Source of the DNA: Yuukianura sp. NJ FZ-2021
Lineage: Eukaryota
Reading direction: 5' to 3'
DNA length: 64,000 bases
Assembly (NCBI GenBank): GCA_046563655.1
Contig: CM102290.1
Coordinates: 7,874,001 to 7,938,000 of the forward strand
Made by a program: the position numbers and the translations under genes. Numbering within the stretch: position 1 is the first letter of the stretch; every line of letters begins with the position of its first letter. Below are positions 24,555 through 36,590 of the stretch, one piece after another. Under the pieces are notes generated by a model. The model was not told the origin of the DNA. It was given only the letters and a program-made list of their open reading frames with translations, and searched no databases.

Positions 24555-26794
24555 ATGAATACAGGAACGTTTGGTACTCCGCAAAGTACTTTTAGCTTCG
24601 CAACACCTCAAACGCAACCAGCCACGACGTCATTATTTGGTCAGCAGCAGCAGACGCCAGCATTTGGGTTTGGAGGGTCCCAACCCCAACCAGCCTTTCG
24701 GTTGCCGACTCCAGCCTTTGGTACTACCGGTCAACAACCGTTCGGTACAGGCTCCACTACATTTGGGACTACTGCACCAGCATTTGGAACACAACCAACC
24801 ACAGGCTTTGGAGCTCCCGTCAGTACTGCGTTTGGTACACCCGGCAGTACTACTGGTTTTGCAGCCCCAGCTCCATTTGGCACGCCGAGTACTGGATTTG
24901 GTGCGCCCGGGAGTGGCTTCGCTGCTCCTGCAAGTAGTGCGGGCTTTGGAATTGGAACAACGCCGGCCTTCGGAGTAACATCGTCAGCTCCATCTGCATT
25001 TCCGGTTTCTTCGGCACCTAGTGCTTTCGGAACACCCAGTACTTTCTCATTCCAGCCCAGCACTAGTACGTGTATTACACCAAAAAACGGATCATCAATA
25101 CTATTCAATGTTTTTGCGACGAATTAAAAATCTTAATTTGTTTAGGCATATTCGGGACCACTACGACGACGCAGCCATTTGCATCACAACCTTTCAGTTT
25201 TGCGACCTCGACCACATCAAGTACCTCGGCTTTTCCCACAGCACCTACTTTTGCATTTTCGACTGGAAGTATGTTATTTTTAAATCGATTATCTAATACG
25301 GGATTAATCGGCGTTGTTTACTTCATTTTTCAGATCAGCTGTGTGGAATTCCCCCGCTACAGCAACAGTCTCAGCCACAAATTGATCCAATGAATGCGTT
25401 CTATCAGTCTATCTTTCAGTGCAATAAGTTTGGCGATGAGCGGGATATGGTTTTAGCAAATTTCAACTACCTACAAGCCAGTCTTGGAATTGGGAAAGGC
25501 TATTACTCCCAAACCTTGCCGCCTGTGATCTACACTCCTACCAATCCATTGTATAAATTTAAAGCCATTGGATTTTCCTTCATGTATCCCAACAACAATG
25601 AAGATGGGCTAGTCTCATTTGAAATTAAGAAATCTGCAGAGAAAGTTCGAAGTGAAGAAACTCAACTGATTTCCAAACTTCAGGGTTTCCTCAACCGGCC
25701 GAATGTAATTTTTAAAATCGCTGGAGTGAAGGCTACATCGGAAGAGCAGAGTATCGTCAACATTTATGCCGAAGATCAAGCGAGCTTGCGTCGATATCCT
25801 GCAACAGATTTGGCGTCAGTTATAAACCAGCCTCATTTGAAACCTCAACTTGATACAATGGGAATCACAAACGTCTCAGCCAAAGTTAAGCCAAGTCCAG
25901 AACAGTTGAAGAGATACTTGGAAAATGCTCCAGACGGTAAATTGAAAAATAAATTGCTCTCAACTTACTTTGTCGCTGTTGATTTACTTTTAATGATTTT
26001 CATTGTTATTTTTAGGAATCGACCCTAGAGTTTGGAAACAGGCGCAAGAAGATAATCCAAATCCAGACACAATGGTTCCAGCCCCCGTCATTGGAATTGA
26101 TGCTCTCAAAAAACGAATTCATGCTCAAGAGGTAAACTCTATTTAACGTCCTACGACCAATTGTTGTCCAATTTTTCAAATCCTTAATGACATTTATTGA
26201 TTTAGATGGAAAGTGCCCATCACGAGGCTCGTTTACTTATGATCAAAGAGGAATGTTCTCAATATTTGCAGCGATGTGCAAACGTTGGAGGAGAAGTTAT
26301 TCAAATGAAACGAAAACAAAGCGAATTGTCTCTTCGTCTTCTATCGGTACATTTTTGAAGCATTTTTCTACATGTTGCAAACTAAGGTAATTTCTTATCT
26401 CCGGTACTTCCAGGTAATTACGAAGCTTGAAGTAGCTCGGCGTGGACTTACTCCTCTGCAACCAGAAGAAGCTGAATTGGCCCGGAAGCTTCAGTGTATC
26501 GAGGAAGAACTGAATTCTCCAACAGAGTACAAAGGCCGTCTCATGGAACTCCTTTCTCATCTTCGTCTTCAGCAAGTGAGTGGACCTAGTGGGAAGTACA
26601 CAATTGACGAATCAAGTCTTCATGACATCAAGGAACTACTCGTTATCCAGCAAAAGAGCTTGAAGCAATTGGTGGATACGATCAAAAGTGACATGTCCAA
26701 CGTGGCTATGATTGTAGACAATGAGCATAATCCTCCTCAAACCAAGCAGCCTCACCTAGATCCATTCCAAAATGGAATTGGGAGGGAGCAATAA
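24555..26794 (+). CDS. NUP54: Nucleoporin Nup54
   Basis: N-terminal FG repeats (PAFG, TGFG), then GDERD...LQASLGIGKGYY, NPLYKFKAIG, YLENAPDGIDPRVWKQAQEDNPNP...PVIG and a C-terminal coiled coil (KGRLMELLSHLR). Multi-exon, head-to-head with XPNPEP3. Confidence 0.92.
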
Positions 26795-26822
26795 CCCAGA
26801 ATATGAAACTGTAAAACTAAAT

Positions 26823-26978
26823 ACTACAAGTACCCGCGACGCTGGGGGATTTGCGAGGAATTAGGGTACTTAACTACACAAGAACTAATAAGTATCCGGG
26901 AGTGCGGGTTATACGCGAGGATTTAGAGTACTCAACTACATACGAGCTAATGAGTATACGCCAGGATTTAGGGTACTC
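26823..26978 (+). repeat. Degenerate three-copy tandem repeat (~45-62 bp units) just 3' of the Nup54 stop
   Basis: Units start ACTACA at 26823, 26873 and 26935 and each ends AGGA(A/T)TTAG(G/A)GTACT. Confidence 0.75.
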
Positions 26979-28745
26979 TTTTCCAGGTGTTTCTGAATTA
27001 TGACACTCATTCAGACTTTGGTAACTTCAACTTCCCTTCCTGTTTCCCTTCTCTCTTCCCTAACCTTAAGACTTTTATTTATTATTACGAGACTTCAAGG
27101 GAAGGGTCCCCAATGGCCCTTAAGGCTCCTACCCAGTTCTTCCGAACCGGAATAGTGAAACACTTAACCAGCCAAAAACTTTTTTTGTCGACTATCTTTC
27201 ACACCATCTTTTTTATACAATAAATCGTAAATAGTATATAACATGAAGTGTACAGTTGTCAGCAGTAGTGGTCGTGGTGGCTGATGCCCATAGCGTCCGT
27301 AAACTTCAACTTTTTGTTGAAGTTTCTAAGTTGAAGACTTTGTACAAAGGGCAGGTGACCCATCTTAAAAAGTACTCGATTCAACAGGTTTAAACATTTT
27401 GTGGTTGATGTCATGCTGTGGAGAAATAAGTCCCTAGAACCCAAAATGGGGATTCTGCTTTCCTTATAAGGGCCTCTCTCTCTCTACGATCAACATCCAC
27501 TTTACACCTTGATTTCAAAAGAAATTTCAACCTCATTCTAATTTAATTGTGAAAATGGAAACTGAAATTTAAGGGAATTATTTTGCTCAATGGGAACATT
27601 AGGTCAACGTACTAAAATTTAAAAAAAAATGGGATACTGATACCCCTTGTGCATCCTTTATTTAGCTTCGACGAAACCTCAATTCTTGAGTATAACATAT
27701 TCTTCGTCCAGTATTTTAAACTCCATGCACAAATATTAGTTTGTTCAACATTTTAAAAGCCAACATGCTTGTAGTTTGAAAATTTGAACTTTCTCTTGCA
27801 CCTAGTTTCGGATTTGACTAATTCAACTGGTGAAAGATTAAGTCACTTTGGTTTCAGTTGCTCCATTGAAGTCAGGATGCAGTTCGTGTTAGTTTCTAGG
27901 TTCAGTTTTCAAAAATTTTGAAAAAGAAGCTTCGTGTTGGAAGCCAGATGGGAATAATAAGGAAGAACAACGTCAGACGGAAAGCGTTCCTTCCGGCAAT
28001 CATTGACTTTTAAACTGAGCAAGAAAAAATACTGCTCCAGAATACCAGCTTGACTTCTGTTTAAAAACTAGTAGGAGGAAAAAATCCGAGAAATTACCAA
28101 AAGAAAAAACTTCTTTCAAAGTTCAGAGTTGTAGTTTTGAAGAAAAAGTTCTTTTTTCCATTCAGTTTTTTTTTAAGTTTTTTTTAAAGTTCAGATTTGT
28201 AGTAGATGTTTAAGAAAGAAAAGTTATTTACGTGGCAACATCTTCATCAACTTTTTACATTTTGAACTCGTAAAACTGTTTGTTTTTGGACCTTGTGCGT
28301 TTCTAATTCCGAAATTTTCAATGCAACCAAAATAGGATACTTATAAAAATTTCAATGTCAGGATACAAAGTCGTCAAATTGAAAGTTATGAATAACAAAT
28401 TAAAATTTTGTAACCATAAAATTGACTAGCATCTTCAACTACACTGAAAACTTTACAACTTGAAAATGAATTCAGCCAAATTTTAAATTCAATCTTTGAA
28501 TTTTGTTTCGAAAGGGAAGGATGAAGTCACGATTTGAGACGTTAGAAATAAAACGCCCGGTTTAAAACATATCACATTGGACATTTAGGATCAATAATTT
28601 TACATTTTATTCTCCACATCAAGACACATGCCACATAACTTTTAGATCAAAGTTCAAAAGTTCAATGTTTTCTCCGTATCGAATTTTGGAAAACTATTCA
28701 ATCTCGAACTGGAAACTTTAAAATTGAAACTTAAGGAAAACTAAA

Positions 28746-29064
28746 CGGTTCCGCGCCATTAGTACGAACGAATTGCGCCGAAGCGCATTGTTCCGAATAA
28801 ATTGCCACGGAAACAATTGCTCCGAAGGGTAAACTTGTTCGAAAGTCAGGCTCATCCGAAAATACTGTGTACCTCCCTAACCTTACCTTGTGACTTATAA
28901 ATCTCAATGAAATGTAATCTCATGATTATAAGGTTAACCAAACCTAAGCTTATGATCTATATCCCAACCTACTTAAAACTCTCAGTACATTAATGTAAGT
29001 TTATTTAATTTCGGAACAACGTATCTTTCGGAGCAATTGGTTTCGCAGCAATGGCGTGCTACCC
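28746..29064. mobile_element. Second, more degraded MITE with the same asymmetric termini as 5578-5834, opposite orientation
   Basis: Ends CGGTTCCGCGCCATT ... AATGGCGTGCTACCC; subterminal ATTG..CCGAA repeats and their inverted copies; degenerate CCTAA core; no clear TSD. Confidence 0.7.
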
Positions 29065-29283
29065 ATTAAGAACCTTGGAGTGGTCATCTCGTGAAGTCGT
29101 TATTAATGAAGACATATTCAAAAGTAATGGTAAAACATATCGTATCACTTAAAAGTGTTGACCAAATTGAGCTGGGAATGTTTAGTGCCACCTCCCCCGC
29201 CAAAAACAACCACCTTTCGGACCAAAATCTTAAGGATTAAACCATGTACAACACAATTTTCCATCTTGCAGCAAATCACCAAG

Positions 29284-29367
29284 GAAGCGTCTTCTTCTTT
29301 TCGCATGGCTGGGAGTCTTCAACTCTTCTTTCCCAGAGGATGTTAAGCGTCGCCAGCCAAGGTAAGT
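29284..29367 (+). repeat. Copy 1 of an inverted duplicated non-coding element
   Basis: Core 29298-29344 matches the reverse complement of 32495-32542 (identical 19-nt and 17-nt blocks). Confidence 0.85.
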
Positions 29368-32300
29368 CAAGTACGGAGGTGGAGAACCGATTCTTGTTAG
29401 ATTGAATTGTTAAGCTCAGTATCACGAGCGTCGTGGACGGAAAATACTACATCAAGACCTACAAACACAAATTTAAAATGTAACATACTTGGAATCAACC
29501 CCGATGCAAATGAAGGTCCGCCCGACATATTCCGTCCACGGTACTTCCCGTTTCATCTGGCGACATAATCCGTCGAGTCTGGGCTTCCCGTACCAAAGTG
29601 TGATGGAACTGACATGACCATATTTGGACACATAATGAATGAAGTTTAAGAATGAATGGCGAGGAGGGGCAAGGGCAATTTCAATTCCACGGAGAACCTC
29701 TTCGTACCGGAAGGACCATAAGGGTCCCTTGTAAAAGTGGAGCCCTTTAAGCAACTGTGTGGACTTTTGGTTCCAAGGAAAACACTTTTAGGACTCAAAC
29801 TATGAATTGCTGTGTACTTCGTGCCTGTTCTTTCCTTTTTCAGAAGTGATTGTCAAAAAAAAATCAAAAATAGCTTGTAAACGCTCCTTTAGAGCTTCCA
29901 TTTGACTTAGCCGAAGGTCATGCTTTCCCGTGACCTTTGGTTGTGTACCCGGGAGTTCGAAAGAACCTCTTCGCAAGATGTTCAGTGCTGAGCTGAAAAT
30001 CCCCGTAATGAGTCATTAGGAACAAAGTTGAGCCGTTGGGATTATAAGGGCCCCATCGCTTTTGCGGCAGCGTTCATTTTTAAACTTCCGAGTACTTTCT
30101 TGTTCTGATTTTTGATGATGTTGGTGGTTTCATATCATTTCTTTTAGGAGGAAATAAGTTCGTAGTATTTTCAGCAAGAAGTTCTGATCAACTTCTCATG
30201 CGCGTTTCCGCCTTATAGCTGGACGTTTTCCATGAAAATTGAAACGGTGAAAGTCGACGTTAGCAAAACTCCCACTTACAGATACTCTGAAGCCCATTCA
30301 TTCTTTTTCTGTGTTTCTGATGAATGAAAAGAGATCGAGAACTGCAAGGGGGAACGAAGGTTCAGTGATATTCATTGAGCCAATTCTTAAAGGCTTCATA
30401 GACGTTACTACGACCTCAAAAGAAACATAGAAGCCTCTTTTAGACACGTATGAGAGTCGAGTCTAGTCGGAAGCCATGCGCTGAATCGCTTTCCCCTTCC
30501 TTTAGGTTATTTTTGGCATATAGAATGAACGTTAAGGTTGGTTTAGACGTGAACGAAATGATGTGAATGGGCTCGCCTACACCAAAGTCACCAGAGTTTC
30601 TATATGCATCATTCATGGCAAAGGCAATTTCAAAACTTTTGGTATTAAAAAACGTTTGTTTGAACTTTTTCTTTCGCTTTCTTAGGTCAATGGTTTATGC
30701 GATTGGACCAATTTCAGCCGAGACTGGAAAAAGTTGTCAAAAACTTGAAAAAAAAAGTTATAGATGGGAAACGTTTAGAGAAAAATGGCGGAATCAAATG
30801 TTTAAAAAATATGGCAATTGTTGTGACTTAGTGAAATACCCGGATGTGTGGACTTTCATTTTCAAAATTTTGAAAAACCCGCTCTGTACTCTGGTGATAG
30901 TTTCATAATTTAAAAATTGACGAGGGAAACCAGGTGGAAGGTTGGTTGTGCCAAAGACTAGTATGTTAGGCTTCCGTTTCCTTTAGCAGTTTAGCATCAT
31001 CTTCCAAAGAGAGTCTCCATTTTCCAAAATGAAATGGGAACCAGATGATGTTCATAAGATTTACACAGACTTGAACACTGGATCTTTCAAAAGGAAACTC
31101 GAGAAAAAATGAGATCAAAGTTTGGGAGGTGTTGATTTCCTACACAGTTAGCACAAACAGTTCCTATTTCCGTTCCACATTTTACGTAATACGTGTCAAA
31201 GGGGGTTAAAACCTCTCTTCACTGAACTTCACGTACTGCTGATCTTCCCTTCCCGCCACTACGGCTCTTCTAACAAAAAAAAGTCGCCATTTTTCAACTT
31301 TTCATCTTTGCATCTACAAATTCGACACTTTTCTTGTCTTTTGTTAATAAGTAACATTTTCTCAGAATTTCCTCACAACTTCCTAGTTGCAGATTTAATT
31401 AACAAAATTTAACGCTACAGCAGTGGGAACATCCATTATGTCGGAAATTTTATACATATCTTTAAACCTAACGTTTGAAAGGCGCAGGCGTCCCTTAGAT
31501 TTTTTTTTGGCGGGAAAAAAAATCTTAAAGTCCCTTGGAAGCCTAGATTTACTAATCCCGTGGCTCAACTTTCTTCCTAATGAGTCATTAGGGGGATTGC
31601 GCTTAAGGTTTTTGATGAAGCGAGTCGAAGTGCGCCGACGCGGGTACTTCCACCATTTGGTTAGGCCAAGGGCCCCCTAGCCTGACCACCATTTGGCCTA
31701 AAAGTAGTTCTGTCCAAGGTTGCTATAGCAACCAATTGAATTTTCTACAATAGGCTGTCCAATAACTCAGGGTTTTGGAAAATCTTGCTTCAAACAACTT
31801 TTAGCACCAATTCCATTTACATTACACGCAAAAAATTACCATATTAGAAAGGCAGATTTCCTACTATCAAACAATGTTTAAAACTTCGAGTTACCGGACA
31901 ACCTGGCGTGCAAAAAGTTTTTTTTTTGTTTACGAACCTTGGTTCTGTCGACCCAATTCAACTGAATAGGGCCCAGGAAAGATGAAGAGTTGGCCAAAAT
32001 TAGTCGCCGTTTGAAACCAGAAAATCGTTTGTTCTGAGCATAACTTTTTTCTTCCTTTGAGTAGTAAGTAGTACTTGACATGTTGGACTCCTTTCGAAGG
32101 GCTCTTCAAGGCCATAAGTATGTGGACAAGGAATAAAACGAAGAAAGCAGCAGATGCTAACCTAACCTAAACCTAACACAACCTTATGTCCCTTCATTGT
32201 TTTCCTTGGAATCATCACCAAAACTTCTGGAACCGGATGATCATCCTGTACTAATGTCCATACCAAAAAGCAAAGGGCTTACCCTGACAACCACTCCGGT

Positions 32301-32478
32301 CTTTTTTGTCTCATTTTGTTGGATTTACCTACGTTGTTCCGTAGCCGAATTGCCCTTGGCCCTGTGCCCCTCCCTTCCATTCATTCCTTTTAGCTCCATT
32401 CATTATTCTTATAAGTCCAAATATGGCCTTATCCACCTCAATCACTTCTCCGCCCGCGTAAAAACAGTTGAATTATTC

Positions 32479-32551
32479 TACCTTGTTGCTCAAGAACATC
32501 CTCTGGGAAAGGAAAGGCTCAAAACTCCCAGCCATGCGAAAAAGACACTTC
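32479..32551 (-). repeat. Copy 2 of the inverted duplicated non-coding element
   Basis: Minus strand TTTTCGCATGGCTGGGAGT-tttgagcctttc-CTTTCCCAGAGGATGTT. Confidence 0.85.
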
Positions 32552-32586
32552 TTCGTTTTTGGCTTGAGCAGCAGTGGAATAACATA

Positions 32587-32748
32587 CCGTAAAACTTCTA
32601 ATAAAAGCCGGTCCCCAATACAAGCCGGGCGTCTCACACAAGCCGAGCGTAGACCGGAAAATTCTAAATAGAAACCGGCCTTCAATACAAGCTCCGGAGG
32701 CGCGACAAATAGATATAGAAGCCCGGGCTTCCGTTGGAAGTTTTACGG
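32587..32748. mobile_element. Tc1/mariner (pogo/Tigger-like) MITE
   Basis: TA|CCGTAAAACTTC ... GAAGTTTTACGG|TA: 12-bp perfect TIR with TA target-site duplication; internal repeats of an AATACAAGCCG-like motif. Confidence 0.85.
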
Positions 32749-35486
32749 TAGGGATTTTGAATGTACTTTGTGAAGACGAGCCTGTCTTCAGCCAAGTGTA
32801 GCTGAAAAGGTCCCCTTGTGTGCCATTCAACTAGCGAACCGTGGTTCCTTGCCCATTTTTACTCCAAAACGTGTCTCCTGGGAGGATATTTGGAAAGATG
32901 GTTTAGTACAACTCTCAAAGTTGAGTCAGCCCCAGAACAACGTTGGTTTGGCTTTAGGTTTTCCAAATCCTAAACTCTTCTAATGTTTAAACTCAAAAAA
33001 GACCGGAAATGGACGCATATGTTTTTGAACCGGATGCAAAGAACAGTATGAGTTCCTCTCTCTTTTTAACTTTAAACTTGTACAAACGGATGGAACAGTG
33101 GGAAATTTTGAAAAAAAAAGTCTAGTCAAAACTTAAACGCTATAGTCGAAAAAGCATTTTCTCCTCCCTGGCATGAACTTTACCAAAAATTGAGACCTTA
33201 AAATTACTCAAAAGGAGACGTACTACACAAAGGCATCTTTTGTTTTCAAAAATTTCAAAAAAAAAGAAAAAGTTGTCGTTTTCCTTTTCATGTCCGTTTT
33301 CAAAACAATTTCGTACATGAAAACAAGAACAAAATTTCTTGTTTGTTCCAACATTTTAGTCTGCTTAAATTTGAACTTTTTGACAACTTCTCAACATTCC
33401 AGTTCAAAGTCGGTTTTAAAATTCAAAATCCTTACCATCAGCAGTCCCATTCTTCCAGAAATACTTTTTCTATTTTTTTTCAAAAAGTCATCTTCATAAT
33501 GGTCTTCTTTTACCCGCGTCGAAATTGGTAAGAAACGCTTTCCGTCTGGTCCCCTTAAAGCATATGGCTACTGGAGACGACTTAAGGCAGCAGCAGCAAG
33601 CAGAGAAGGGAAAAAAATATAAAAACTGAAGTTCAAAACGAAAAACGACCTCATTTTGTTCCTTTACGAAGTCCCCCTACTATTCATCAACCATCCAAGT
33701 CCTTATAAGTGCTCACTCACTCACACTCTCTGACATCAAACAAAATGGAACTCCACCCTCTTCCATGCCCAAAAAAAGTCCAGTCTCAACAGAAAGAACG
33801 AAAAATCCAACTTACAGAACTTTTGAATCAAGTCCTTTTCAAAATGTAATAATACTAACTCTACTCCAAAAGAAAAAAAAATGTCAGTGACACACAATAG
33901 TTTTTTCTTTTTCAAAAAATTCCCTTTTGAAAAGTTCCTTCTTGTAATTTTTATTATTTCTTTTTTGTTGTGATGCTTCAGTTGCAATTTTAGCCAAAAA
34001 CTTCTCCTTTTCCGTTCTCCTTTGCTAGTTACTTTTTAGAACATGCATGATTAAATACGTGTCTCCCCAGATATTTAGTTCTTTAGTTTCTCTTTAATTT
34101 TTGTCAGGAGTTGTTCCTCTTAAGCTTAACACAGTTTCCTCTCGGGAGGTAAAACAGAGGGCAATTAGAAGTTATTATTTTGATAACTGTAGTAATGGAA
34201 ATTTGACTAGTGGTATTATATTAGTGTTGGTCATTCCCTGTCTCATGTAAGCCCCGAGCAGAAGGATTTTCATTTTTAAAATAAATGTTCCTATAATTAT
34301 GAAGGTGAGGAGGTGGGATTAAGAGAAAAGAGCTTTCTTTTCTAAATGTACCAAAATAGACTTCTACCGACTTCTGCTCAATTCTCAAGTAGTTTAAAAC
34401 TAACCGGGCAGGTACGGTTAGGTAGGCAGGACTTTTCGCAGAGTCAGTCCCCAGCTTTCTTCAAAAACTTTACTTTTTGACTTTCACCTCGCACATTTTG
34501 CCTTGTTCCTTTCATCATCTACTCAGAATTTGGTTTAACTTTTCAAGGAAGGAAAGTTATTGACGGAAAAATTAAATAATTAAGAACATCATTATAAATT
34601 AACTGTTGGTTATAGTAACTAAAAGAATTTTGTAAAATTTCTTATTAAACTTTAAAAAAAATGTTTTAAATATTTTCCAAATTCCAAAATTTAGTCCTCG
34701 AAAAGTAAACCAAATCCTTAATGAATAGGAACACAATTGAAAGAAAAAAGGACAAAGTGATGCGGTGTTTCGTTTAAAAGGAATCGAAACCTGGTAGGAT
34801 TTAGACAGCTACTGCGGAGTTATGACAGTGGACAGCATTTTGACAACTAGGAGGCTCACTTAATAAAGTGTCCAGTTGCTTGGTTACCAAAATCTTGTCC
34901 TACAACCACTTGCTGCCTAAATCCAGCCACAGACCTGCCGTCCTGGAGTAGTTCCTCCTCTGTTTCCTTTACAGTTTCCAAAGCTTTCTCTTCGTTCTGT
35001 TTAGGCAACTACACATTACTAAAAGGCTCGATAACAATTCTAAAAACTGTATCTTAGGAGTGTAGGTATATATAAATTAAAAAACAAAACACACTTGTAC
35101 GGAGTTAAGGTAAGCGGACTTCTTTGCAGATTTGTTCTATGGTCTTCTTGTTGAGTAACTGTAAGTGAATCTTATTCCTGGATTCGCCCTCTGTCTTCAT
35201 CAGGATCATAACCTCCAAAGTGCAGTTGAAGAAGTTCCGCATCTTAAGTTCTCAATCCCACCAGTTTACATTCTCTTGTCTCTCGTTTAACAAAGGAAAA
35301 GGGAAAATAAATCTCATGATCAATAATCAGTCTTGACATATTGATACTCGTACTCGTAATCGTTTCTTCGGACTCAGCTTCTCTTCCTCCCATCGTCACC
35401 AAAAGCCCATAGTCTACCAAGTCTTTTTCTGTCTCTTTTCTCCAGTCAAACTTGCTTCTCAATCCAGTCCAGTTAGTGGATTGTTT

Positions 35487-36590
35487 TCATTTGGTGAAAC
35501 CTGGAGGTGGTGGCAGGAGTTTTTTGGTTCCGTTTCTGGGAATTGGTGGTGGGTGAAGAAATGGACTGGGCATACGATGTGGATCTTCGTCTTCAGACAA
35601 CTCCACGATCCCCTCACGAGGAGTCACGGATCCGGGAGGAGGCCGACACTTACATCCATTGTTATGATACCTTTGGTAGGATTTTTCAATGACACAGAGA
35701 CAGCCTTTGCATGGCCAGTAGAGACAGAGACAAGGCAAGACGAGGGACATTCCAGCCATACAGCCCCACCTCCAGAACTTCCGATGGGGAGCACATGAGC
35801 AGGGTTTGTCGGCACACAGGACTCCGCCGTCCGGTTCATGATTTTTTCCACAGTGATAGAATAGAGCTTTCACACAACACAGGCACGTCACATAGTCCAG
35901 AACAGGTTCGGGTCCACAGTGAATACTCTCAGAACAAATCCATCGGGAAGGGAGTGGTTTCGGGCGACTACAGGCTTCACAACGACATTTCCGGCAGTAT
36001 GGACACATGATTGTGGATTCGGCCAAAGTGGACTTCCCATGTTCAGGAGGGGTACAGAGAAGTCCACGTTTTGTGGGTTGAGTCGTCACAACTCCATCTT
36101 GACTATATGTTGGATTTGTATTATCACGGCCCTGTTTCCCTGTTTGGCATTTACGAGAGTTTGTAGGAAGTCTCACTTGTTCGGCAGCGGTCACACTCGA
36201 GTTTTGTCTAGCGACCTTAGCACTCAACTGTGGCGTTCCACTCGAAGCTACAGAAGTATTTCCTCTGTGCTGAACAGGAAGTGGAGCACCCAGGTAAAGG
36301 TTTCGGTGTCGTTCTGAACTCGGTCTTGGCTGATCCAAGCAAATGGGCCTCACGGGTGGAGACGACGGTGGACATATTTCACCCGTCGCTGGATTCACGC
36401 CCGACACTGTCGTGGATAATTGGGATCTGGAGAGCGGTCTAGCAAATACGCTTGGAACACCACTCCGTGCTGGTGGGGTGGGAGCGGAGGATGCTTGGTT
36501 GGTTGAATTAGACACGAATCGAGCAGCAGTTCCCGGGTAGGTTCGAACAGGATTCGTTGTCGGCCGTCGACTATGACCATTCTCGGCCAT
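35487..36590 (-). CDS. sty: Sprouty (RTK feedback antagonist), 367 aa, single coding exon
   Basis: Cys-rich SPR domain (CPYCRKCRCEACSRPKPLPSRWIC...TCLCCVKALFYHC...CADKPCSC...RWGCM...LPCLCLYWP...GCKC) plus an N-terminal NxYxxxP Cbl-binding motif (NLYLGAP); no EVH1 domain. Confidence 0.95.
   Translation of the reverse strand: MAENGHSRRPTTNPVRTYPGTAARFVSNSTNQASSAPTPPARSGVPSVFARPLSRSQLSTTVSGVNPATGEICPPSSPPVRPICLDQPRPSSERHRNLYLGAPLPVQHRGNTSVASSGTPQLSAKVARQNSSVTAAEQVRLPTNSRKCQTGKQGRDNTNPTYSQDGVVTTQPTKRGLLCTPPEHGKSTLAESTIMCPYCRKCRCEACSRPKPLPSRWICSESIHCGPEPVLDYVTCLCCVKALFYHCGKNHEPDGGVLCADKPCSCAPHRKFWRWGCMAGMSLVLPCLCLYWPCKGCLCVIEKSYQRYHNNGCKCRPPPGSVTPREGIVELSEDEDPHRMPSPFLHPPPIPRNGTKKLLPPPPGFTK

Noticed and set aside
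24731..25108. Gly/Pro/Ala/Val-rich, elastin-like 125-aa ORF
   Set aside because: Antisense of the Nup54 FG-repeat exon.
26823..26978. CRISPR-like repeat-spacer array
   Set aside because: Eukaryotic context, degenerate units, related spacers and no cas genes.
29473..29754. 93-aa minus-strand ORF in a GC-richer patch
   Set aside because: Non-ATG start, no motif and no splice support.
29900..29975. tRNA/SINE-like A box (TAGCCGAAGG) and B box (GAGTTCGAAAG)
   Set aside because: I could not fold an acceptor stem or T arm; tRNAscan-SE would be decisive.
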